A stretch of 64,000 bases of DNA from Balamuthia mandrillaris (lineage: Eukaryota), in NCBI GenBank assembly GCA_031835245.2, contig JAVKOQ020000014.1, positions 62,001 to 126,000 of the forward strand. Direction: 5' to 3'. Positions 1 through 13,535 of this stretch are shown one piece after another. The notes under the pieces were generated by a model, which saw only the letters and a program-made list of their open reading frames with translations, was not told the DNA's origin and did no database searches. Each line of letters begins with the position of its first letter. Within the stretch, counting starts at the first letter, position 1. The translations under genes and the position numbers were made by a program.

Positions 1-1145
1 TTATATAGTGCAGCGGGTGCTGCAATAAAAGGAGAAGGCATGGTAATGCAACACGGAGAATCCACGGGTAATGGAGCACTAAATGGAGGCAAATGGAAAA
101 GGAAAGCCAGAGAGGGTCAGGGAGGGGTTGCCAAGAAGAAGCCAACTTGGGAAAAGCAACTCACTTGCCGTTGGTTTGCTTTGCGTTTTGGGTTGCAGCT
201 GGTTGTGGTGGGTGGGTTCGAAACTTTGAAGAAAAGCAATTGGAAAAAACACCATCCACAACACCAGGAGAAACCACCACCCCCAAGTTTGTTTGTGAGG
301 TTGGAAGAAGAACAAGGGAGGCAAGAGGGAGATAACGAGGTGGAAGCAACAGCGACTTCTGTTGGTGCCCTGCCCTGTCTTCCAAAGCGCCGTAGGCTGT
401 GCCCTATCCATTGCCGCCATCATCGTAGGTTCTTTGTGGTTGTGCTCTGTTCGAAACTGTTGAGAGAAAACAAAAAGGTTAAAAAGACGAGAAGATATAT
501 ATACCGCCGAGATGCGCGACCAGGGGACTCGCTCGCACCACGTACTTCTGAGTGTTTGTTTCTGTGGTGGCGGTTTTAAAAAAGAATTGGAAGAACAGAG
601 GAACAAGACACCGCAATGCAGACAGAGATAAAGAGAAGGCAAACCACAATCAAGAAGAGAGAGTAGACATACCTTTGTGTCGAAGCCAGTAGGGCTGGGT
701 GTTTGCTTTGCTCGTGGCTTCCCCGCTGATCCAGCATGACCATTCTTTTGGTGGTTCGTTCTCTTCAACAGAGATGCACTGCACGCCGATTCGAGCAAAA
801 GAAGAAAAAGAAAAGCTACCCCAAGCAGCAGTCGCTTGCTTCGCTCAATATGAAACCGTTCTGGAAGGACCAGCGGAGCAAAGAGGGACAGCACGCAAAC
901 CAGCGTTTGCACGTAGGGTTGCCTGAGGACATATCAAGCTACGCACTTCACCCAGTCACGTCCGCCTCGATTCCCTTTCCCACGAGAGCACGCCAACTAA
1001 TTTGAAGCTTTTGTTCATGGGAGAACAAAGAGAAGTCCCTTCTCCTTACTCTTTGTTCTTTTTGTAGGAAGTCATTTGTGGAGTGGAGTGGGGAGTGGGG
1101 AATAATAGAGTTTGCATTCGTCAAACTAATAACATTCATTTGTTC

Positions 1146-1937
1146 TTAGAACCAGGGCATAACGGGAGCAACCGTGCGTGCAGCGCTGTCAGCGTTGCCC
1201 CAAACCTCGTCCTCATAGACCTTCATCATTGGCTCCTCCACTCCTGGCCCCAAAGGACCCTCATCGGAATAGCCATACACATAAACAACGGTCAGAGTCC
1301 CTGCTCCTGTGGCCACAATGCTTTTCTCCCAGATCTTGGTCCTGCTCTCGTTGTCACCGCTCTCGCTGCCGTCCTGATCTCTGAAGAATAGAGTGAAGGT
1401 GAGCTCGGTGTTGTCCTCCTCTAACTCGTCCAGGTGATAGTATTCCTCACTGGCATCCTCCAACTCGAAGGTCTGGTCGGAAGTGGAGACCTGCAAGACT
1501 GTGTTGCCGCTGAATGGCGAGTCTCCGCCATGAAGCTGAATGAGGATACCGCCGTGATCTGGAGGTGCGGTGTTAACTCGGATGGCGCTAAACCCTTGGC
1601 CAACAAAAACGTCGTGGACGCCTCTGTAAACTGCCCAAGCCAGAGGCGCAATGTTGTCACGAAAGATATCCAAGTGCTGCTCCACGGTTCCGTTGGATTC
1701 AGCGATGCCCAGGGTGAAACCGGTGCAGGGCACCGGCTCGATGACTCGCTCCCCAAAGGGGATGGTGGCCCAGGGCTCCCCGTCCAACAGGATGGTCAAG
1801 GAGTCGTGAAGCGGAGAGGTGAAGGCGTTGAAGAAGGAGAGCTCACAGTCGCGAGGCGCGGCAGCGGAGACAGAAGAGGCCTCCAGCATGAGAATGGTGG
1901 TAAGAAAAGCAACCAAGTTGCGGGAAGAGACAACCAT
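1146..1937 (-). CDS. Intronless secreted protein (263 aa), possibly DUF4397-like beta-rich domain
   Basis: Single ORF, hydrophobic N-terminus (MVVSSRNLVAFLTTILMLEASSVSAA). LSFFNAF...LTILLDGEPWATIPFGE...VPCTGFTLGI and TLTVVYVYG resemble the DUF4397 pattern. Confidence 0.6.
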   Translation of the reverse strand: MVVSSRNLVAFLTTILMLEASSVSAAAPRDCELSFFNAFTSPLHDSLTILLDGEPWATIPFGERVIEPVPCTGFTLGIAESNGTVEQHLDIFRDNIAPLAWAVYRGVHDVFVGQGFSAIRVNTAPPDHGGILIQLHGGDSPFSGNTVLQVSTSDQTFELEDASEEYYHLDELEEDNTELTFTLFFRDQDGSESGDNESRTKIWEKSIVATGAGTLTVVYVYGYSDEGPLGPGVEEPMMKVYEDEVWGNADSAARTVAPVMPWF

Positions 1938-2502
1938 TTTTTATCTTATTTTTGTTTGTTGGAGAGCGAGGAGGAAACAGGAACAGTCTTGTGTGATGAT
2001 GTTGTGATAAAAAAAAATAAGTGAGAACAAAACCAGCTATTTATTGGTGGCGCGCTTGCCCTCCCAGGTGAAAACGAACGAACCTGCAGAACGCACACCA
2101 CGGGACCGTCCATTCAAACTGCAAACTTCGCTTCGCTTCCCTTCGGCGAACAGTAATGAATTGCAATTCATTTCACCAGCATTACCTGCCAACAGCCACC
2201 GGTTATGCCCACTTAGCGCCTTCTTTGAATCGTCTCTCTTTACCCGATCCTGTGGGCGGATCCATAGCATCGCTATTATTTGTGGTGATGGGTTTGTTCT
2301 TGGAATAAGTTGAGTTGGGAGATTCTTTCCTTCCTTCCGGGTGGCCTTTGCAGGAGAGAGAAAAAGAAAACAGCAGGAAAGGAGGAGTTGGAGGCCAAGA
2401 GGTTTCCTCCTCTCTGCGACCAGACTTGTTTAGGGTTCCCTCAGAGACAGAGAGAGAGATTTTGGTTGGGATGTGCTTTACATTTTTTTAAAAAAACTTG
2501 GA

Positions 2503-4900
2503 TCAGTCGATGGTTAGCAACGTCTTCTCCAACTTGGCTTGCTTGGCTTTTAACGTCTTGACCAGCTTCTTCGTCGTTGAAGACGGTTTCACCTTCCTTC
2601 CTTTGTTCCCTGCTCCGCTTCCAGATGCGGCGCCACCGCCGCTCCCTTTGCCACCGCTCGCCACAAAGTTCTTCCCGCTCTTTCTATGCGATGTGCCGTC
2701 GGAAGACAGCATGCTCGATGATGAGGACTCGCTGTGCGCCTTCCTGGCCAGCAGCTCATCATCGGAATTGCTCCTCTCCAACGTTGCCTCCTCGGAGTCC
2801 GCCCCTCCTCCTCCCTCCAAGAACGCCACAAACTTCTTCATCTTGTTCACCTCCCTTTGCAGCTCCGTTTTGCGGTCGTAGAGATGCCGATACTTGAGGG
2901 AGAGCTGCACGTGTCCCTCCGCCGGCTCGTCAAAGTTCTGTCCTTGCAGCTTGAACCAACGATTGATGGGCGGACCCACCTCCTTGCTGAAGGAACGAGC
3001 GGAGGGGAAGCTCAGCATGCCGAGAAGGGTGTGCTTGCCCATGACGTTGAAGTGGTAGACCTCGATGCGTACTTTGGAGGATTCCTCTGGCTTGGTGGGT
3101 CTGTGTACGCAAACGAGGCAAACGAACGAATGAGAAGAGAACAAGAGAGAACATACGAGAGAGAAGCGAGAAAGAGTTAGAAAAAAGAAGATAGAAGCGA
3201 AAGAGAAGCAAGAAGAATGACGAACATCGAAAAGTTTTCAAACCACTGTGGCTCGTTGGTGTTCATAACAACTTTTGTGGTATGTTTCTGTTTGCCATAA
3301 CGAACGGTCACAAAAGCGTTTGGCTTTTGCGAATGACCCGTCTTGTCCATGTGCGCCAAGTCCTTACCCTGCAGCACTGTTTCGTTTCGTGAGAACACAG
3401 CGAACACAACGAAAGGGTAACCCAAGACATACCGTCAACGCAGAGAACATAATTGTCACCAGCCATGCTCTCCTTCTCTTTCCTCGTCGTCATTCCGCTC
3501 AGCACGTTGATGGTGGACTTTGCAAAGTCGGTCAGCACTTCCGGAACGATCTGATCGTTCTTCTCCTCCTTCTCCTCCTTGTCCTTCTTCTCCTTCTTCT
3601 CCTTCTTCTCCTGCGCTTTCCTGTTTCGCTCCGCCATTTTCCCCTGCCGCTTCAACCTCTCCTCCTCCTTTCTTTGCGCGTCCTCCTCGGAGGCGTTCAG
3701 ATACTCTTCCAACATTTGAACTTGTTCTTGCTTGGCGGTGAGTTCGGATTCCAAGACTTGAATCTGCTTCGAGCATTCCTCCACGTTCGCTTCTAACGCT
3801 GCTGATTCTTCCTTTAACCGAACCAATGCTGTAAGACGAGTCAACGTTGTTGAGTTATGAACGGAGAATGAAGAAAGAAGAAAAGAAACGGGAAGACAGA
3901 GAGTACGAACCTCTAGCCGTTTTATAATCGCTCGTCAAGGTGAACTTGGGCACGCTGTCCGTGGAGATCAGGAAAGAAATGGCGCTCTGAGCCTCGTCAA
4001 ACATGGTCACTTTGGGCGCCGAGGAGGTGCCCTCCAGATCTCTGACAAACTGCTCCAACTCCAGTTTAACCTGCTGGTTCACGTTGATTTCCCTCTCTTT
4101 GCTTGCCTTTTGATCGAAAGTGGTTTGTTGTGTAGAACGAATGAGATGAAGAAAAACAAAGGAAGAAGAAAGAGAGAAGAAGAAAGAAGCACAGAAGAAG
4201 AGAGCAGGAGAGGAGAAAAGCGAGAATCGATTTTTTTAAAAAAAAAGCAGAAGAAGAGAGAATAAAGCAGAAAGAAGAGAAACAAAAGAAGAAGGAAGCA
4301 CAGAAGAAGAAGAAGAAGGAAGCACAAAAGAAGAGAAACAAAAGAGCAATTGAAAAAAAAATGGAAACGACAAAAAAAAAAGGAATGAGTCCTACCGATC
4401 CCAAGAAAGTCGACCAGATGTTAAACGCCTTTTCTCGCACGCTCTCCACCGCTTTTGCATCCTGTTTGTTTGTTTGTTGTTATTTCATCTTTTTTCTGAA
4501 AAAAACCCAAAAAAACAAAAGAAAAAGGGGTTACCTTGGGGTCATGAGCCGCGTGCAGCTTCTTGAACTCCTCCACCGCCAAGTAAAACTCCAAGTTCTC
4601 CTGACAAAAGGATCTCCTCAAGAAGACCTCGAACATCCTTCTCAGCGGCGGCTTCTCCAATATCTCCGCCAGGGTGACCCGCCGGTTGGTGGGGAGCGGG
4701 GGGACGGCGGGAGGAGGGGCGGTCAGGGGCCGCTTGCCCATGTTCTGATGGTGGGACGGGGGCGGGGACAGGCCGGGGGAGCTGCGCCCGGCCTTCCAGT
4801 TGGCCATGTGGGATGGAGCGGTGGAGGGCGGAGAGGAGGAGAGAGGAGAGGAGGAAGGCTCGGGCTCTCCTTCGCTTCCAGCGGGAGGGAGTCGACTCAT
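2503..4900 (-). CDS. Multi-exon RGS domain + coiled-coil + C2 domain protein
   Basis: RGS motif LAEILEKPPLRRMFEVFLRRSFCQENLEFYLAVEEFKK...MFDEAQSAISFLISTDSVPKF split by GT-AG introns; coiled coil at about 3560-3830; C2 motif VLQGKDLAHMDKTG...AFVTVRYGKQKHTTKVVMNTNEPQWFENF...VRIEVYHFNVMGKHTLLG. Confidence 0.85.
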
Positions 4901-5236
4901 TTTTTTTTGCTCTGTTCTGTTCTTGCGTTCTTACGGACCACAAAAACAAAAACGAACTCGGCTTATTTTTATATTTATGTTTTTTTTTATTTTTTTATTT
5001 TTTTTAATTGTTTAAAAAATTAAAAAAAGAAATAATTGATTAATGAAAATTTTCCAAATATAGTATTATCGAGGGGTCATAAGATAGAACTAAGATCAAC
5101 GAGGAGTCATTGATTATTGTGGATCGGATTTCCTCGTCGACAAAAATGATACTTGTTGTCGACGCTTGAGGAGTTGTTTTTTCTGACTCTGATTTTTTTG
5201 TCACCAGAAAACCTAAAATTAAAACGGATCGAAAAA

Positions 5237-5950
5237 ATGCAATCACAACAACAGCAACGCCAAGTCATCGTGCGCCCTCCCTTCCACAGCTTTGCCGAGT
5301 TCTTTCCGTTCTACATGAAGGAACACTCGGATCGCACCAACCGGCGCCTCCACTTTGTGGGCACCACCCTGGCCATGGCCGTCCTCCTCGTCGTCCTCCT
5401 CACCGGCAACTACCAGCTCTTGTTCCTCCCTTTGCTCTGTGGCTACGGCTTCGCTTGGGTACATCGTTTTTTTTTTTGGAGTTCCTTTTGGTTTGGGCTC
5501 TCATCTTTGTTCCAAAAAAAAAACTGAAGGTGGGACACTTTTTCTTTGAGAAGAACAAGCCAGCTACGTTCAAGCATCCGTTGTACAGTCTACGTGGCGA
5601 CTTTCAGTACGTTCTTGCTTGCTTTCTTTCTTGTCATTTAGTTCATTGCTTTGATCGTTGTTGTTTTCGTTACTCTCCCTCTCTTTCGTCGTTTCTCTTT
5701 CTCTTCTGTTTCTGTTTCTGTTTCTCTTTCTCTTTCTCTTTCTCTTTCTCTTTCTCTTTCTCTTTCTCTTTCTCTTTCTCTTTCTCTTTCTCTTTCTCTT
5801 TCTCTTTCTCTTTCGTTCTTTCTCTCTCCCTCTCTCTCTCTCATTCTCGCCATTGATTAGCTTGATGTGTATGGTTGTAACTGATGGTTCTTCTCTTTCG
5901 ATAATAATAGCATGTGGTGGCATATTGTCACTGGCCGGTTGCCCTTTTAA
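5237..5950 (+). CDS. DUF962 / Mpo1-like small membrane protein (3 exons)
   Basis: FHSFAEFFPFYMKEHSDRTNRRLHFVGT...GYGFAW|VGHFFFEKNKPATFKHPLYSLRGDFH|MWWHIVTGRLPF*; exons join in frame at GT-AG sites. Confidence 0.9.
5703..5813. repeat. (TTTCTC)n intronic microsatellite
   Basis: Visible hexanucleotide array in intron 2 of the DUF962 gene. Confidence 0.95.
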
Positions 5951-6140
5951 AATGTAATCTCCTCCAAGCCTTTAAAATACAAAAAACCTCCAACCAAACA
6001 TAGGCCTTCCAACACTTATGATAGAGACAAGAGAGAGACATAGAGAGAAAGGAGTATAACAACAGCAGTCAAAACAAAAAACAAAGGATAAACAAACAGC
6101 AAACAACCACGACAAACAAGAAGGGAAGACAAAGAAAGAA

Positions 6141-6183
<43 letters not shown>

Positions 6184-6257
6184 ATTGATAACATAAAGAA
6201 GGAAGAGAGAGAGGAGGAGAGGGAAGGAAGGGAGCGAACGAAAAAAAAAAAAGAAAA

Positions 6258-6376
6258 AGGATACAGCACGATGGATTCCCGGGTGGTCACCCACCCCAGT
6301 ACTAACATCGCCTGGCGGAGCTTAACTTCGCTGATCGGACGGGAAGCGGTGCTTTCTCCGCAGTATGGCCGTATCC
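6258..6376 (-). rRNA. 5S rRNA gene, copy 1
   Basis: 119 nt GGATACGGCCATACTGCGGAGAAAGCACCGCTTCCCGTCCGATCAGCGAAGTTAAG...GTGCTGTATCCT; ends pair to form helix I; followed by an oligo-T Pol III terminator. Confidence 0.98.
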
Positions 6377-6425
6377 GCCTGGTTCCTTGCTCTGCACGCA
6401 AGCTGTTTTGGGAGGGAAAAAAAAA

Positions 6426-6434
6426 GGCGGGAAA
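6426..6434. promoter_or_regulatory. E2F-like site GGCGGGAAA between 5S copy 1 and the WASP-like gene
   Basis: Match to TTTCCCGCC consensus; same A-tract-GGCGGGAAA-(n)-GTCGAC arrangement as at 22047. Confidence 0.35.
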
Positions 6435-6666
6435 ACTCTTTCATGTCGACGTTATATTTATCATGTCGACATGGTGGTGATTACATGGTATAATTAATTT
6501 TTCATATTAATTAATATATGTTTATTCCGTAGGTAACGCCTCCCCTTCAGGCAAAGGGAGCAAGAAGTGAAAAAAACAAGTGAAGCAGTGCTTCTTTTTT
6601 TTTTTCTTTTAAAAAAAACCCTTCTTGTTTGTCGCCACCGTGAATCCGGTGCAAAAGAAAAAAAAA

Positions 6667-10074
<3,408 letters not shown>

Positions 10075-10180
10075 AACCAACTTTGGGAGTCAATTAACTT
10101 TCGTTATAGAACCAACCAATGAGTAATAAAAGACAGAAACTAAGACAAAACAAAAAACTAAAGGAACTAGCAAGAAAGCT

Positions 10181-10997
10181 ATGCCGGAACACGATGAGCT
10201 GCCAACAGAGTTGCTTGCAATCGTTCTCTCGCTGCTTCCCTCCGGACAGGCAGCCGTGGCTGCAAGGACCTGCAAACGTTGGTGGTCTCTCCGCTGCCCT
10301 AAAGAGCGACGCCTCCTCCTCGCTTCCGTGGCTTGTTCCTCCGTTGCCATGTTGGAATGGGCGCTGGGGAACGGGTATCCCTTCTTCTCGGACGGGCGAA
10401 CCTGCGACCTGGCCGCAGTGCAAGGCAACTTGGAGGTGTTGCAGTGGATTATTAAGCGAGGCAGCCCTTGGAGCTCAACCACTTGTGCCATGGCAGCGGC
10501 AGGTGGTCATTTGGAACTGCTGCGGTGGGCTCGGAAGCAAGGTTGCCCTTGGGACCCTATGTCCCCTTGCATCGAGGCCGCAAGGTGTGGCCGCTTGGAA
10601 GTGTTGCAATGGGCTTGCCACAACGGGGGTCACATCACGGAGTGGGCCTTGATTCGAGCCCTGGTGCTGGGATGCAAGGATTTGCAGCGCTGTTGCAAGG
10701 ACCTGCCGTTTGGAGGTGCTGAAATGGGCGAGAGAGAACGGGTGCTCTTGGGATGGAGAGATCTGCAGGCAGGCAGCGCTGGTCGGGGCTTTGGACGTGT
10801 TCAGGTGGGCAGTGGAGAGCGGTTGTCCTTGGGACAAGGAAGCATGCATAGCGGCAGCAAGGAGAAGGAACCCCTTACCGGCCAGAAGAAGCTTTGTTGG
10901 GAGCAAAAGTGGCAGCTCATGGCAATGTAGCAACGAGAATCCTGTGCTTACCTATATCAACCGACTGGCAGCTGCCCTGCAGGAGGATTCTCTTTGA
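10181..10997 (+). pseudogene. Intronless F-box + ankyrin-repeat gene with an internal frameshift
   Basis: F-box-like ELPTELLAIVLSLL...AARTCKRW; repeats AAVQGNLEVLQW, AAAGGHLELLRWARKQGCPWD, AARCGRLEVLQWA; repeat register resumes in the +1 frame near 10660 (WDARICSAVARTCRLEVLKWARENGCSWD) with no suitable intron. Confidence 0.65.
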
Positions 10998-11319
10998 AGA
11001 GGAGCGACTTGCTCGTGTCTATATTACCGCTCTTCTGCCAACAACAGAGACAATAGCAAAAACACAAGAAAAATACAGAAAAACAAGAAGAAAGAAGAAA
11101 GCAACGCTCGTAATGCAGCAGAACACACGCCAAAGAAGAAAAAACAGAGAAAGTTCACTCGACCCTGAAAACTGCCTCACAAACTTGAAGAAAACTGCTA
11201 ACCACAACCCTCCACCTGACAAACTCTTCAAACAAGTATTTATAGCGAACAACTTTTGCCTTACTTTCCCAGCTCATCAAACAACAACAAAACAACCACA
11301 CAACGACAACAAGAAAACA

Positions 11320-12210
11320 ATGAGACTTTTGTGGCGCATCGCGTTGGGTTTGCTGTTGGTCTCTGCTGCTTTTGCAGCTCCCACCAGGAGAGGAGTCAAC
11401 TATGGAAGCGGGGATGTTTCCTATGACGGCGACGATGTGACCTATGACGGCGGAGATGTTTCCTACGATGGCGGAGATGTGACTTATGACGGAGGGGACG
11501 TTTCCTACGATGGTGGGGATGTGTCTTACGATGGAGGAGATGTTTCCTATGGAGATGACGTGGTTGCTCCTGAGATCACCTGGGAGAAGCACGAGAAGGT
11601 TATCACCATGCCCAAGCTTTACTTTGAGGACGTTGTCTTGGAGGACATCCAGATGAACGACCTTTACCCTGGGAACATGAAGGTCCCTGACGTGCACTTC
11701 CCTGAGATCCCCATGGGAAGCCTGGAGCTCCCCAAGGTCGCTGGCCCCAAGATCTACATCCCTGGTAACGCTTCGCTCCTTTCCGTTGTTACGTTTCTTT
11801 GTTCTTACTCTTACCGCTGCCTCCTGCTACCTTCTCTTCCTCCTTAAACTTCCCCTTCCTTGCTAACCGTTGTTGAAACACTTGCAACAGAGATCAAGTT
11901 CCCCAAGATAACCCTTCCTTCCATCAAGTTCCCCGAGATTCAGCTGGAGGCCATCCAGATCCCCAGCCTCCCCGCCAGGTCCATCCAGCTCAACGACCTC
12001 GAGCTCGAGAGCGTGGAGGTGCCCAACATCCAGATCCCTGTGGTGGCCGGCCCTGTGATCAAGCTGCCCACCATCAAGATGGCTGACATCAAGCTGCCCC
12101 ACGTGAAGATTCCCAACGTGAAGGTGCCTGACGTGAAGTACGAGTACGAGGTCCCCAACATCCACTTCCCCGAACCTGAGTATGAGGACGTTCAGGGTGG
12201 ATACTATTAG
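11320..12210 (+). CDS. Secreted repeat protein: signal peptide, 7-aa DV(S/T)YDGG repeats, then 5-aa proline-periodic repeats (2 exons)
   Basis: MRLLWRIALGLLLVSAAFAA signal; intron 11765-11890 joins IYIP-EIKFPK in frame; strong C/G-ending codon bias. Confidence 0.85.
11398..11556 (+). repeat. 21-bp coding tandem repeat, about 7 units
   Basis: GATGT(T/G)(T/A)C(C/T)TA(C/T)GA(C/T)GGNGGN units encoding DVSYDGG/DVTYDGG with synonymous variation. Confidence 0.9.
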
Positions 12211-12691
12211 GCACATTTTCTCCGAGCTAAGAACTTCTTTTTTGAAGCCTCCATTCAGCACGTTTGACTTTGTCCCTCTTATGCTGGAACAAAGATTTTG
12301 TTTCTGACCAAACCCGTTTCTCCTTGCTTGTTGTTGCATTCTTCCATGTTTGCTTCTCTCTCCAGTCCATGATGGATGGCTGGTGCCCTCTCAAACGATA
12401 GACGGATAGGCCAAACTGCAGGACCGGAGCATCACAGGCTGATACCGACTGTATACTCGCTTTGTTTAATAGAATGAATGTAAAGAGGTGTCATCCAGGG
12501 ATTAAGCCAGATAGTAGAACAGATGCTTCACTTGATCAGGGCCAATGTTGGCCGAGAAGATGGTGGATGGTGCTGCCTCGTTATGTTCCTGCACCCCTTT
12601 GCTTTGGTTAACCATGGGCTGAGAACTTTCTGGGATGCGAGGAGGAGCCATTTGACGGAGGGAGAGGCATTTTGCAAGTTCGTAAGACGAA

Positions 12692-12790
12692 GGATACCGC
12701 CATACTGCAAGAAACAACAGCTGAAGTCGGATACTGTGAGAAAGTGTGCCCCCTGTCGGCTGCACCGGAGAGTGAGTGCAAAGATGTTAC
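12692..12790 (+). pseudogene. Possible highly decayed 5S-derived sequence immediately upstream of 5S copy 2
   Basis: GGATACCGCCATACTGC at 12692-12708 matches 16/17 nt of the 5S 5' end; patchy colinear similarity continues (GTCGGAT vs GTCCGAT; GTGAGTG vs GTGGGTG). Confidence 0.5.
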
Positions 12791-12830
12791 AGACGATACG
12801 TTGATACAGCAAGAAGTAGAGAAAGACATC

Positions 12831-12949
12831 GGATACAGCCATACTGCGGAGAAAGCACCGCTTCCCGTCCGATCAGCGAAGTTAAGCTCCGCCAGGCGAT
12901 GTTAGTACTGGGGTGGGTGACCACCCGGGAATCCATCGTGCTGTATCCT
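12831..12949 (+). rRNA. 5S rRNA gene, copy 2
   Basis: Identical to copy 1 except G7>A (G-U becomes A-U in helix I); oligo-T terminator follows. Confidence 0.98.
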
Positions 12950-13535
12950 TTTTCTCTTTTTTTTTTTTTTTCGTTTGCAACCTTCTTCCCTCTCCTCCTC
13001 TAGAATATTCTCTCTTCCTTCTTCCTCTCCTTTCTCTCTCTCTCTCGTTTCTTTGATTTAGATCATGGCTGTTTCAAAATAACCAACCAGATTTCAAACT
13101 ACCTGATCGATCGTCTATAGATGTCCCATAACTTTTATCCGCAAGCCGGCCTCCACATACAAAACCCACAAAAAAAAAAATTGTTCCCACACAAAAAAAA
13201 AGGGGGGCAAGAAGAGAGGGAGAAACTCCACGCGAGCAGCCATACAGTCGCAAGCGGTAGCAAAGTTGCCATAACGAACAGCTGCAAAGCCATTCACCAC
13301 ACATCATCATCTTTGGAGTTTTATTTATTTTTTTGTGAAAAAAAAAGAAGGTAGGGTGTGAGGGTGAGGGTCTTTTTGCTTTCCATTTTTATTTTTTATT
13401 TTTTTTTTGCATAGTGTTGATTGATAGTTCTCATTTCATTTCTTTATTTATTTTATTTGATCGTTTTCCGTTGTTGCAGTTTTAAGGGAGGGTGCTCGGT
13501 CCGCCAAGCTTTTTTTTTTCAGCCATAAAAAAGTG

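Noticed and set aside
1..1100. Overlapping ORFs (40-579 +, 79-912 -) with plausible minus-strand splice sites near 164 and 672
   Set aside because: No consistent reading frame or recognisable domain could be assembled; may be a truncated gene or relic at the window edge.
6069..6480. ORFs overlapping 5S copy 1 (and 12776-13003 at copy 2)
   Set aside because: Translations of the 5S rRNA sequence, not proteins.
11398..11556. Regularly spaced short repeats as a possible CRISPR array
   Set aside because: Contiguous 21-bp coding repeats with synonymous variation, no unique spacers, eukaryotic context, no cas genes.
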